Below are positions 17,364-25,449 of a stretch of DNA of 64,000 nt, in pieces. The DNA lies in assembly GCA_036253035.1 (NCBI GenBank), contig GCA_036253035.1_4123.1; one strand, written 5' to 3'. The position numbers and the translations under genes were made by a program. Under the pieces are notes generated by a model. The model was not told the origin of the DNA, did no database searches, and saw nothing but the letters and a program-made list of their open reading frames with translations. Source of the DNA: a phage. Positions within the stretch are counted from its first letter, which is position 1; every line of letters starts with the position of its first letter.

Positions 17364-17564
17364 TTAGATGATTCTCCAATCTTCTACCAGGATTTTAATA
17401 TACCGTACCAGTGATTCGAGTGATTCCACTTCCCGATAATCGGTAGCCGTTTGCACTGTACAAGTACAGCCGATCAAGCCATTGCCAAGCTCTTTGATCT
17501 GTACATCGATGCAGTTGGCTTTTGCTTCATTCAGTACTGCAACCAATTCGTTAGCGATTGACAT
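17364..17564 (-). CDS. hypothetical protein (66 aa)
   Basis: ATG with AGGAG RBS; 5' hairpin GCGGGAGAACTATTCCCCCGC and promoter upstream. Confidence 0.6.
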   Translation of the reverse strand: MSIANELVAVLNEAKANCIDVQIKELGNGLIGCTCTVQTATDYREVESLESLVRYIKILVEDWRII

Positions 17565-17652
17565 AATGTTTTACTCCTAAAGGTGCGGGAGAACTATTCC
17601 CCCGCTCTATGTAAAACATTATACATTATCTTGTAGTACTGTCAAATAGTTT

Positions 17653-17910
17653 TTATGAAATATCTTCGATATAGTCGGCCCATGTCATTTGTTCAGTACT
17701 ATCTAGTGCACCAGGATTATTTGGATCAAACCATTCGCCATCCCCTAAGTACATTGCAGCCGCTACCGCTTTATAGCCATTATAGGCGTTATTCCACTGC
17801 ATAGCACGATAGATACGGCCTTTGATTGGTGTCTGTACTGGTAATGTTTTATGGTCTTCTACGTAGGCCATAGCTTGAGGATTTACCCGATATTGTGTGA
17901 ACTGTTCCAT
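17653..17910 (-). CDS. hypothetical protein (85 aa)
   Basis: Start moved to ATG of MEQFTQYRV with AAGGGGA RBS; TTGACA-N17-TGTAAT upstream. Confidence 0.55.
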   Translation of the reverse strand: MEQFTQYRVNPQAMAYVEDHKTLPVQTPIKGRIYRAMQWNNAYNGYKAVAAAMYLGDGEWFDPNNPGALDSTEQMTWADYIEDIS

Positions 17911-17985
17911 TATGTTTCCCCTTGTAGTTAGTAAAGTTATTACATCAGTACTATCACGCATTGTCAATAGTACTGAAATAAAACT

Positions 17986-18210
17986 TTAGATTAGATTATT
18001 GATGCCGTTGATGGTAGACTCGCTTTCTTCTTTCTCCCATTGGCGGTAATACTTCCATGCTTCATGATAGGTGGCGATCAGTTCATCTTTTTGATCCTGA
18101 GTACATGCCAGTACTGAATCACTGTAAGCGGTGTTATAGATAGAATCAAATGATTTCTTCTCTTCTGCCAGGGTAGCTACTTCCCGCATCAGTTCATCAA
18201 AGTTAGCCAT
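17986..18210 (-). CDS. hypothetical protein (74 aa)
   Basis: ATG with AAGGAG RBS; 5' hairpin GGGGGAGGATATCTCCCCC. Confidence 0.6.
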   Translation of the reverse strand: MANFDELMREVATLAEEKKSFDSIYNTAYSDSVLACTQDQKDELIATYHEAWKYYRQWEKEESESTINGINNLI

Positions 18211-18293
18211 TTTAGTACTCCTTATTAGTGGGGGAGGATATCTCCCCCTATGTAAAACATTATACTTTGTTTTACTTACAATGCAAGTACTTT

Positions 18294-18485
18294 TTAAATT
18301 TTATTTCCGATATAGTCCGGCCTGTTCTTTTCGGTCATACGCTTAAGCATTTTTTGCATATGGCTTATTGCTTGTAGTGTATCCTCTTCCAGCGATGAAT
18401 CAAGATAATCAGGATCATTCTTCACCTTACAATGATTATGATAGCGTAGTACTGCCAGTACTTTTTTAACTTCTTCTACTGTCAT
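18294..18485 (-). CDS. hypothetical protein (63 aa)
   Basis: Start overlaps stop of upstream gene (ATGA). Confidence 0.5.
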   Translation of the reverse strand: MTVEEVKKVLAVLRYHNHCKVKNDPDYLDSSLEEDTLQAISHMQKMLKRMTEKNRPDYIGNKI

Positions 18486-18754
18486 AATAAGTATTCCACT
18501 TCGTTTGCTTTCAGGTTAGTATCAATCATCAGTGGTTTTTTGTAGTCCACAAAACGATTAGTTTTCTCGATAGCGAAGCCCATATAATCCAGTTTGCTTA
18601 CAGTACATTCATTCTTAAAAACTTCTTTCGCTGCATTGATGGCTGATTCAATTGATAACCGCCCATCTAAATTAATGTTACCAAATGATCCACCAGCAGA
18701 AGTAGGATTACCGTTCATATCTTTAATAATCATAGTAGCGGAGTAGCTGGACAT
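18482..18754 (-). CDS. hypothetical protein (90 aa)
   Basis: ATG downstream of promoter and hairpin. Confidence 0.6.
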   Translation of the reverse strand: MSSYSATMIIKDMNGNPTSAGGSFGNINLDGRLSIESAINAAKEVFKNECTVSKLDYMGFAIEKTNRFVDYKKPLMIDTNLKANEVEYLL

Positions 18755-18776
18755 AATTTTGTTTCCTTTTATTGGT

Positions 18777-18836
18777 GGGGAGAGCTATTCTCCCCTTGAT
18801 GTAAACTATTATACAGTACTGATATACTTTGTCAAT
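18777..18836 (-). promoter_or_regulatory. early-type promoter (TTGACA-N16-TATAAT) plus 5'-proximal GC stem-loop
   Basis: -35 at 18831-18836, -10 at 18809-18814, hairpin GGGGAGAGCTATTCTCCCC at 18777-18795 about 7 nt after predicted TSS; no U tract follows. Confidence 0.6.
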
Positions 18837-18838
18837 AC

Positions 18839-19060
18839 TTAATTACGTTTAAAATGATATGTACCGTTATCATCCTGTACGCCCCATACTGATTTACCAT
18901 CAACACCAGTGAAGCCGGATTGTAATTCAATATGGAAACCGTTAGCATCAACGACGAAAACTTTTTTATTTTCATCCCGATAGCATTGATATTCTTCACC
19001 TGCTTTAAATGCTGCATCATTCAGAAGATTTGAAGCGTGAACGCAGGTCATAGTAGTCAT
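18839..19060 (-). CDS. hypothetical protein (73 aa)
   Basis: Start moved to ATG of MTTMTCVHAS with AAAAGGA RBS; track extension runs through hairpin. Confidence 0.55.
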   Translation of the reverse strand: MTTMTCVHASNLLNDAAFKAGEEYQCYRDENKKVFVVDANGFHIELQSGFTGVDGKSVWGVQDDNGTYHFKRN

Positions 19061-19248
19061 CGTCTTGATTCCTTTTAGTACCAGGGAGAACCATTTCCCC
19101 CTCTCGATATAAAACATTATACGCTCATTGAGATAGTTTGCAAGTACTTTTTATAAAATAGTTTTCAGTACTGAATACTTATATAATAGATACACTTCCG
19201 CACCCTATGGGTCAGTGAGTTATCTCTCAATGAATATATAATAGCAAA

Positions 19249-19276
19249 GGGACTGACTGGAGTCAATCCCTTTTTT
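19249..19276. terminator. intrinsic terminator hairpin with embedded minus-strand promoter
   Basis: GGGACTGACTGGAGTCAATCCC + T6; same element family as 17323. Confidence 0.5.
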
Positions 19277-19284
19277 AATCTTTT

Positions 19285-19869
19285 TTATCGTGTTATAGTT
19301 ATCGCGTTAACATCACGTTTTTTATAGTACTGATTCCAGATATTGCGGGTTAAACCGTAATCAAGTACTTTAATCAAGCCGTTGCGATCCTGGCCGATAT
19401 TCTGTTTTCTGATATCTCTTATCGTTAGTGTGGATAATGTATCATCAACGTGATTGAGAGCATCAGCGAAATGGTGATGGCGTTCTACCGTATTACGTTT
19501 AATATTGTACTTTAACTCATTGCACGCGTTTACATGCTTTACACTGCCTTTGCTTGCAGTACTCAAACGATCCATAACAATAAACAGATTATCAGGATCG
19601 CATAAATGCATATGCACTTTAGCAAAGTACTGTTTAAGGTGCGGACGGTCATAATCTAAAAAATTCCATACCTTACATTCAGTTTCATTTTGTTCTACAC
19701 CCGCATCACAATTCGCGACCTTAATCACTAACCGATCATTTAAAGCGAATACAATACGGGAAGAACCCGCACCGACGATCTCCAGTCCAGCTAACCGACA
19801 AGCTGAAAGGATCTCTTTGTTGGTTTCCATTGCATGAAGTGAACGGATGAATTTAGTATAGTTACGCAT
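19285..19869 (-). CDS. putative protein kinase-like protein (194 aa)
   Basis: Gly-rich loop GAGSSRIVF, VIKVA lysine, catalytic-loop-like IRDIRKQNI, DFG-like VLDYGL; start moved to ATG of MRNYTKF with AAGGAG RBS. Confidence 0.55.
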   Translation of the reverse strand: MRNYTKFIRSLHAMETNKEILSACRLAGLEIVGAGSSRIVFALNDRLVIKVANCDAGVEQNETECKVWNFLDYDRPHLKQYFAKVHMHLCDPDNLFIVMDRLSTASKGSVKHVNACNELKYNIKRNTVERHHHFADALNHVDDTLSTLTIRDIRKQNIGQDRNGLIKVLDYGLTRNIWNQYYKKRDVNAITITR

Positions 19870-19900
19870 TGTGTTGACTCCTTGAGTTAATGAAACTATA

Positions 19901-20143
19901 TTACAGTACTTTACTATCAATGGCAACTACTTTTTTTACTTGAACTGCGTGGAATACTTCACGCGTATTTTTAGTACTGAATACTTTTGCCGTACCTTGT
20001 TCGACCGCAATACGATAGCGACCGTTAACGTCCACCATATTGATAAAGTCCGGTGTACTGAATGGAGTTACCCGGCATTTAAGAACGGTTAACAGTTCCA
20101 CCAGCGTTGTAGTCTCTTTGATACGTTTTTCTAAAGTAATCAT
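19901..20143 (-). CDS. hypothetical protein (80 aa)
   Basis: Start moved to ATG of MITLEKRI downstream of TTGACA-N17-TACTAT; track extension reads through the promoter. Confidence 0.55.
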   Translation of the reverse strand: MITLEKRIKETTTLVELLTVLKCRVTPFSTPDFINMVDVNGRYRIAVEQGTAKVFSTKNTREVFHAVQVKKVVAIDSKVL

Positions 20144-20196
20144 TTTGTTTTCCCCGTGTTGGTATGCATTCATAGTACTAAAACATTTGAGTACTG

Positions 20197-20451
20197 TCAA
20201 CGTGATATTAGTTTTATTTTTTTATTGTATTGTTGGTGTTCATATAGATTAATTTTTCCAGTACTCTCGATCACTATTCTATTGTTAGTGTCTACATCGA
20301 TAACACGTAGTTTCCCGTTGCTTAACTTCCTGGGTAATAGACTACCATTAATAAACTCATTAGCAAGCTGTACGGCCTTTGTGATGATTCTCTGTGGGGC
20401 TTTATAGTGTACCCGTAATACATTATCGTTTGATAGTTGAACCTTAATCAT
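20197..20451 (-). CDS. hypothetical protein (84 aa)
   Basis: ATG immediately downstream of terminator hairpin. Confidence 0.5.
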   Translation of the reverse strand: MIKVQLSNDNVLRVHYKAPQRIITKAVQLANEFINGSLLPRKLSNGKLRVIDVDTNNRIVIESTGKINLYEHQQYNKKIKLISR

Positions 20452-20463
20452 TTTGTTTATCCT

Positions 20464-20490
20464 ATAAAAAAGGCGGGAACTATTCCCGCC
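20464..20490 (-). terminator. rho-independent terminator (minus strand)
   Basis: GGCGGGAACTATTCCCGCC followed on minus strand by U6; downstream of gene 20514..20909. Confidence 0.6.
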
Positions 20491-20513
20491 GTGTTGTTAG
20501 TACTGCAAAGTTA

Positions 20514-20909
20514 TTAGATAACCTGGCGGCGTTTACTGTATACTGTTACACGGTTTCCTTTACGGTCATGACGGATCTCTTTCTGGTTACGAATCAGTTC
20601 ACTTGGACGCTTAAGGTTTGCCAGGTGATCCGCGTGAGTCCATGCATTTGCGTTAACTGTAACTTCAATATCAGAACCTTTCAAAAAGTCATCTTGAGCG
20701 TTCAGTACTTCAGCCAGTTCTTGAGCTTGCTTTAGTTCTGCTGCTGTAAGTACAGGCTCAGGTGAATTCACAATATCAGAGATCTCTTTGAACTGTACCG
20801 CCCAGCGTTGTCCTTTCGGTGCATCTTTGCCCATGTCTTTAAATGTTTCACCTTCTTCACGGGCAACGATGCGAGCTTGTTCACGGGTAGCGAAGAATTT
20901 AGTAATCAT
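20514..20909 (-). CDS. hypothetical protein; paralog of 33264..33530
   Basis: Shares FATRExARIxAR..TFKDMG..RWAV and C-terminal HDRKGNRVTVYS with 33264 gene; TTGACA-N17-TATAAT upstream. Confidence 0.65.
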   Translation of the reverse strand: MITKFFATREQARIVAREEGETFKDMGKDAPKGQRWAVQFKEISDIVNSPEPVLTAAELKQAQELAEVLNAQDDFLKGSDIEVTVNANAWTHADHLANLKRPSELIRNQKEIRHDRKGNRVTVYSKRRQVI

Positions 20910-21008
20910 GGTGTACATCCTATTAGTTAAGTTAATTAGTACTACAAGTTAGAGTCTATTATAAAGTACTATCTGGGCAATGTCAAATAGTACTTTAAAT
21001 GGATTCTA

Positions 21009-21332
21009 TTACATGTCTTTCTTACGTTTTACATCGTAGTAGCGAACTGTAATTTCTTTGTTGATCTCTTCCTCGATGCGGTGAATAACTTTTTCTTTCG
21101 GGTTGAAACCTATTACAGTTTCTTTAATGATCTCCAAGCCCGTGTATTCGCCTTGTGTACCGTAACCGTAAGTAAAGGTTTCATGTCCCAGGTCTTCCCA
21201 GCGGTCACCAATCAATGCAGACACGTAGCATGAGTGGTAAGTATTGCCGTGGCTATCAGTCCACCGATTAACTTTAATGTCAAAGGAAGTTACAATTTTC
21301 ATTTCTACTTTCTGGGTAAGGATCATAGTCAT
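21009..21332 (-). CDS. hypothetical protein; paralog of 28216..28560
   Basis: Shares GNTY(H/F)S, YGYG and C-terminal DVKRKKD with 28216 gene; AGAGAG RBS. Confidence 0.65.
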   Translation of the reverse strand: MTMILTQKVEMKIVTSFDIKVNRWTDSHGNTYHSCYVSALIGDRWEDLGHETFTYGYGTQGEYTGLEIIKETVIGFNPKEKVIHRIEEEINKEITVRYYDVKRKKDM

Positions 21333-21419
21333 TTTAATTTCTCTCTTTTAGTTAGGAGGGGAACCATTCCCCTGCCTTGATGTAAACTATTATACAGTAC
21401 TAAGATACTTTGTCAATAC

Positions 21420-21695
21420 TTAAGTATTGTAAATGTCGTGAATAGTGATAAAGTTTTTACGACCGTAAACATGTAAATCAGTATCAATGTAGTGCTTATC
21501 AAGTACATCCTCGACGCTTAAAGCCGTGTCGTGAATATCTTCATAGAATTGTGGATCTACAATCTTACTTAAATCATCCGGCGTTAACTTATCATTGAGC
21601 CATTGCACCGCCTGGATATCTGCATCACGTTTCCAGTCTTCCAGGTTAGTAGTCAGTACTTGCTCGATTTCGTTAGCTGTCAGTAGAATCCGCAT
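21420..21695 (-). CDS. hypothetical protein (91 aa)
   Basis: ATG with AAGAGAG RBS; 5' hairpin GTGGGGAACTATTCCCCAC. Confidence 0.6.
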   Translation of the reverse strand: MRILLTANEIEQVLTTNLEDWKRDADIQAVQWLNDKLTPDDLSKIVDPQFYEDIHDTALSVEDVLDKHYIDTDLHVYGRKNFITIHDIYNT

Positions 21696-21784
21696 TTTAA
21701 TTTCTCTCTTTGTTAGGTGGGGAACTATTCCCCACTTGATGTAAAATATTATACAGTACTAAAAACTATTGTCAAACTATTTTA

Positions 21785-21985
21785 TCAAATTGTTTCCCAT
21801 TTCATGTTACCCGCTTTACGCTGTGAAACAGGAATAAACATGTTATTAATGTTACTAATATAACCGACCTGTAAGTCACGCTGTGAACCATACGCCCGAC
21901 TTGCTGCATTTTTAGCACCGCGTTCTGATTTATAAACGCCGCTGGATACTGTAAAGCCTACTACACCGAAAGTAAAATGTTTCAT
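21785..21985 (-). CDS. hypothetical protein (66 aa)
   Basis: ATG with AGAGGA RBS; TTGACA-N16-TATAAT upstream. Confidence 0.6.
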   Translation of the reverse strand: MKHFTFGVVGFTVSSGVYKSERGAKNAASRAYGSQRDLQVGYISNINNMFIPVSQRKAGNMKWETI

Positions 21986-22270
21986 TTTGTATTCCTCTTT
22001 GTGGTTGATGTAAGTATTATACTCGTTTAATTTCTATTGTCAAACTATTTTATCAGGGGAGGTTTTCGTATGTCTTACTCCTGGACTACTTAACGGGGTT
22101 ACTTATTTCGTTCCCCGTCCTGATGTAAAACATTATACTTGATTCTAAGTACAATGCAAGTACTTTTTAAAAATAGTTTTCAGTACTTGATAGTACTAGC
22201 CACCAGCATATAATAGATACATTTATGCACCCTGTGGGTTAGATTGTTTCTATGCATATATAATAGCAAA

Positions 22271-22298
22271 GGGACTGACCGGAGTCAATCCCTTTTTT
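22271..22298. terminator. intrinsic terminator hairpin with embedded minus-strand promoter
   Basis: GGGACTGACCGGAGTCAATCCC + T6. Confidence 0.5.
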
Positions 22299-22306
22299 AA
22301 ATCTTT

Positions 22307-22456
22307 TTAAACTTGTTTTGGGTTGCGATATGTGATAGCGTTCGGGTACATTTGTTTAATGTTATTCCATGCCTGGTTAACATTGTAACCACTTGATCGA
22401 ATCAGTTGGTTACTTCCTACGCCCTGGAACACTACTTCGAATAAGAATTCTTTCAT
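22307..22456 (-). CDS. hypothetical small protein (49 aa, below track cutoff)
   Basis: Manually translated MKEFLFEVVFQG...; start overlaps stop of upstream small ORF. Confidence 0.4.
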   Translation of the reverse strand: MKEFLFEVVFQGVGSNQLIRSSGYNVNQAWNNIKQMYPNAITYRNPKQV

Positions 22457-22623
22457 GCTGCAATCCCCTCTGATTTACCTTTACGCCAGGCGTTAGCCAG
22501 TTCATTACGTTGCCATACATCCAATGCAATGTATAGTTTAGCAGTATCCCCTTTAGGGTATTCGCCAGTAGTGCCTAACCGATAAAACAGATCTTTCAGT
22601 ACTGATAATTCTACTTGGATCAT
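22453..22623 (-). CDS. hypothetical small protein (56 aa, below track cutoff)
   Basis: Manually translated MIQVELSVLKDLFYRLG...; ATGA overlaps on both sides. Confidence 0.4.
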   Translation of the reverse strand: MIQVELSVLKDLFYRLGTTGEYPKGDTAKLYIALDVWQRNELANAWRKGKSEGIAA

Positions 22624-22712
22624 TGTATTACTCCTGATTGTGTTAGTACTTCTACGATGGCATGAATGATCATAAGTACAGCTAACACAACAATCATCGG
22701 ATTCATTTGCAT
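22620..22712 (-). CDS. hypothetical hydrophobic peptide (30 aa)
   Basis: MQMNPMIVVLAVLMIIHAIVEVLTQSGVIQ; AAGGAG RBS 8 nt upstream. Confidence 0.35.
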   Translation of the reverse strand: MQMNPMIVVLAVLMIIHAIVEVLTQSGVIQ

Positions 22713-22729
22713 AAGCTGTACTCCTTCTA

Positions 22730-22942
22730 TTAATCTTTCAGCCAATGATCTTGAATGAATTTTTCACAGAATCCCTGTTTCATAGATTCTAACAGGCGTT
22801 CACGGTGAGCGGCGGCATATTGCTCAGTACTATGCGTTACGCCAGGTTGATAACGTGAAACACCGTCCGGTCCGATATATTGAACATCCCACGGTTTTTC
22901 GTTAGTATCAGACCATTTACGAACGATTAGTTGACCTTGCAT
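22730..22942 (-). CDS. hypothetical protein (70 aa)
   Basis: ATG with AGAGGAAA RBS; 5' hairpin with 8-bp stem; TTGACA-N16-TATAAT. Confidence 0.6.
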   Translation of the reverse strand: MQGQLIVRKWSDTNEKPWDVQYIGPDGVSRYQPGVTHSTEQYAAAHRERLLESMKQGFCEKFIQDHWLKD

Positions 22943-23025
22943 GTTTCTTTCCTCTTAGTGGGGAGAATCATTTCTCCCCTTCATGTAAACTATTATACAG
23001 TACTAGATTACATTGTCAATAGTTT

Positions 23026-23349
23026 TTATTCACCTTGTTTGAATTTAGTTTTCTCCATTGATTCCATGATTGCAACCAATACAGCATGGATCTCACTTAA
23101 CGCGGCATCACTAAAAGCATTAATGAATAGGCAATCATTCTCGCGAATATTTTTAATGTACTTATCAGCAGTGGTTGCGAATTCATTCAACGGCAGATCA
23201 AATGCTTTATCCCATAATGGATGGCGTAACTGTAACAGTACTGGATTATCACGGTCACCAGGTGAGAAAGTGCCTGTAATGAAACATACACCAGGGATAC
23301 TTTCGAATTGACAACGAACTTCTTTTGTGATAGTAGTATGAATATACAT
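23026..23349 (-). CDS. hypothetical protein (107 aa)
   Basis: ATG with AGAGGA RBS. Confidence 0.55.
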   Translation of the reverse strand: MYIHTTITKEVRCQFESIPGVCFITGTFSPGDRDNPVLLQLRHPLWDKAFDLPLNEFATTADKYIKNIRENDCLFINAFSDAALSEIHAVLVAIMESMEKTKFKQGE

Positions 23350-23376
23350 TTATTTTTATCCTCTATTAAATTAATA

Positions 23377-23565
23377 TTACAGTTTATGAATCAATTCTTT
23401 ATCTAAGCGATAGCGAACATTATTGATTGTAACTGCATTGTTTTTAATGCTACGCTGTACAGGTCCACCAGCAATAACAAACGTTGCCTTATTGCCCCGA
23501 ACGATGATAGCACTTCCAGGATTACCAAAATCATCTTGTACTAAAATACTTGATAAGTTTTGCAT
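23377..23565 (-). CDS. hypothetical protein (62 aa)
   Basis: ATG with AAGGAAA RBS; hairpin; TTGCAT-N16-TATAAT. Confidence 0.6.
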   Translation of the reverse strand: MQNLSSILVQDDFGNPGSAIIVRGNKATFVIAGGPVQRSIKNNAVTINNVRYRLDKELIHKL

Positions 23566-23644
23566 TTGTCTTTCCTTGTAGTGGGGAGAACTATTCTCCC
23601 CTTCATGTAAACTATTATACAGTACTTAAAACTAAATGCAAGTA

Positions 23645-24001
23645 CTAGGATAAAATCATTATAGGATATTCACAGTTAATCAGTACTTCAAAACCAAAAC
23701 TTTCATACCATTCTTTAAGATTAAACTCGTTATCTTCTCCCGTATCGCATTCTAAGATGATACAATCTGAATCATCGGCGGCATCAATAAAGGCATTCAT
23801 TAATTCAGTACCTTCACCGTTACCGCGATTATCGGGATCAACATAAAGAGAATCAATAAACGCTACACGATCATAATCAAGATCCGGTGCAACAATGCCA
23901 CGTTTAACAAACCAGTACTGCAATTGTGCTACTTTGCCTTGTACTTGATAGCCAGTGATCTCACCATTGTCTGTAGTACGCGTGATATGTTGTATACCCA
24001 T
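23645..24001 (-). CDS. putative GNAT-family N-acetyltransferase
   Basis: Motif-A-like SLYVDPDNRGNGEGTELMNAFIDAA; TTGACA-N16-TATAAT upstream. Confidence 0.5.
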   Translation of the reverse strand: MGIQHITRTTDNGEITGYQVQGKVAQLQYWFVKRGIVAPDLDYDRVAFIDSLYVDPDNRGNGEGTELMNAFIDAADDSDCIILECDTGEDNEFNLKEWYESFGFEVLINCEYPIMILS

Positions 24002-24064
24002 GATTTCAATCCTCAGTTAAGATATAAAATATTATACACTAACTAACAGCACTGTCAATACTTT

Positions 24065-24322
24065 TTATCTCATAGATCTATGCCAACAATTACGGGGATT
24101 GCGTTTGAATATGCTATCATGATCAGCCTGGCAAGTGATGCAGTACTTACACCCCTTAACGGCCAGGCGGCGATTCTCAGGGATTTTATCGCCGCAGTCG
24201 AGGCAATGTATCAGTGATTCTATTTGTGCGTTAATTTGCGTTCTAGCGTGGTTTACAGCGGCCTGAATCACTGCGTTAATCTCGTCTTGCTCGGCCCCGT
24301 CCTTCGCGAATCCAACAGCCAT
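24065..24322 (-). CDS. DksA/TraR-family C4 zinc finger protein
   Basis: CLDCGDKIPENRRLAVKGCKYCITCQ = C-x2-C-x17-C-x2-C with IP..RR signature. Confidence 0.65.
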   Translation of the reverse strand: MAVGFAKDGAEQDEINAVIQAAVNHARTQINAQIESLIHCLDCGDKIPENRRLAVKGCKYCITCQADHDSIFKRNPRNCWHRSMR

Positions 24323-24485
24323 TATTTTAACCTCATTATAAAAATACTATAGTACTGTAATGCTACAATAATACTACTAGTACTGATTTTATTCAAACCG
24401 TATGATACTACATATTCCCCAGCATTACCACGAATGGTAACGCCTTTGTACTTTCTATATAATTTCAACTACGTTTATTGCCTTT

Positions 24486-24556
24486 GATCAAGATTTGATC
24501 AGAATTATACGCCTTATGCTAAATTGATCCAGTACTTTTTTGATCATTTATTGATC
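24486..24556. promoter_or_regulatory. GATC cluster (5 sites in 71 bp) in long 5' leader
   Basis: GATC at 24486, 24497, 24526, 24542, 24553; two embedded in TGATCA palindromes. Confidence 0.5.
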
Positions 24557-24618
24557 GATATTATATAGTTACATTTGTGCACCCTATGGGTTAGTGACGT
24601 TCTCGTCTTGATGTAAGT

Positions 24619-24647
24619 ATTATGCCAGTACTGGCATAATTTGTCAA
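24619..24647 (-). promoter_or_regulatory. sigma70-like promoter (TTGACA-N17-CATAAT)
   Basis: -35 at 24642-24647, -10 at 24619-24624; leader contains conserved dyad ACCCATAGGGTGC. Confidence 0.5.
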
Positions 24648-24651
24648 TAGA

Positions 24652-24849
24652 TTATTTTAACTTTTTTCTGTCATTGATTAATGCTTTCAGTACTATACTA
24701 ATGATCTGCAATGATTCATCAATGACTATAAAATTATTTTCTTTCATTAGATGATAGTTACCATTGATTGTATATTCTAAGGAGTACTGTTTACGTTTAA
24801 TTTTTGATAATGTTTCTATTTGTTTTTGTACTGATTTCATGCTAATCAT
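24652..24849 (-). CDS. hypothetical protein (66 aa)
   Basis: Start moved to ATG of MISMKSVQ. Confidence 0.45.
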   Translation of the reverse strand: MISMKSVQKQIETLSKIKRKQYSLEYTINGNYHLMKENNFIVIDESLQIISIVLKALINDRKKLK

Positions 24850-24943
24850 TGTTAAACGTCCTGTAACGCATTCTAACGAGTTAAACGGTTTAGTACTGGC
24901 TAAAGGATTAAAGCCCACCAGCGTTAACCAGTGGGCTATAATC

Positions 24944-25087
24944 TTACATCTTGCGGATAATCTTAACAGTATCTTTCACCGATTTACCGTCTTGCTGACA
25001 TTGTTCGATCATCGCGTATTGTTCTGCGGTCAGATCCTCGCCAGTTTTTGCCAGTACTGCGTCGATGAATGAATCCAGTGCGATCAT
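24944..25087 (-). CDS. hypothetical small protein (47 aa, below track cutoff)
   Basis: Manually translated MIALDSFIDAVLAKTGEDL...; AGAGAG RBS; TTGACA-N16-TATAAT upstream. Confidence 0.4.
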   Translation of the reverse strand: MIALDSFIDAVLAKTGEDLTAEQYAMIEQCQQDGKSVKDTVKIIRKM

Positions 25088-25186
25088 TTTGTTTCTCTCT
25101 TAGGTTAAGTTAACTACTGTTTATAAAACTTATTATACAGTACTATCAAACTATGTCAATATCTTTAATAGTACTGGTAATATATT

Positions 25187-25366
25187 TTAGCGGTAGTCGT
25201 CGTATGCTTTATTCACCTGGCGAATGTAACTTTCAAAGGCTTCGTCTACCGTTTCATACTCCCGAACATAATCACCATAGGAAACTACATACATCCCTTT
25301 TTGATCTTCAAACGTCATGATGATAGAATCCAGGCCGATGATTTCAGTTTTTGCGATAATAGCCAT
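25187..25366 (-). CDS. hypothetical small protein (59 aa, below track cutoff)
   Basis: Manually translated MAIIAKTEIIGLDSII...; AAGGAA RBS; promoter upstream. Confidence 0.45.
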   Translation of the reverse strand: MAIIAKTEIIGLDSIIMTFEDQKGMYVVSYGDYVREYETVDEAFESYIRQVNKAYDDYR

Positions 25367-25449
25367 TTTAGTATTCCTTAGTAGTGTAGTTGATAAAAGT
25401 TATTATGCCAGTACTATCAATCATTGTCAATAGTACTGTGATAATATTT

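Noticed and set aside
18777-18795. GC-rich hairpins downstream of early promoters read as rho-independent terminators
   Set aside because: On the transcribed strand they are not followed by a U tract and sit between promoter and SD; only hairpins with flanking A/T runs were called terminators.
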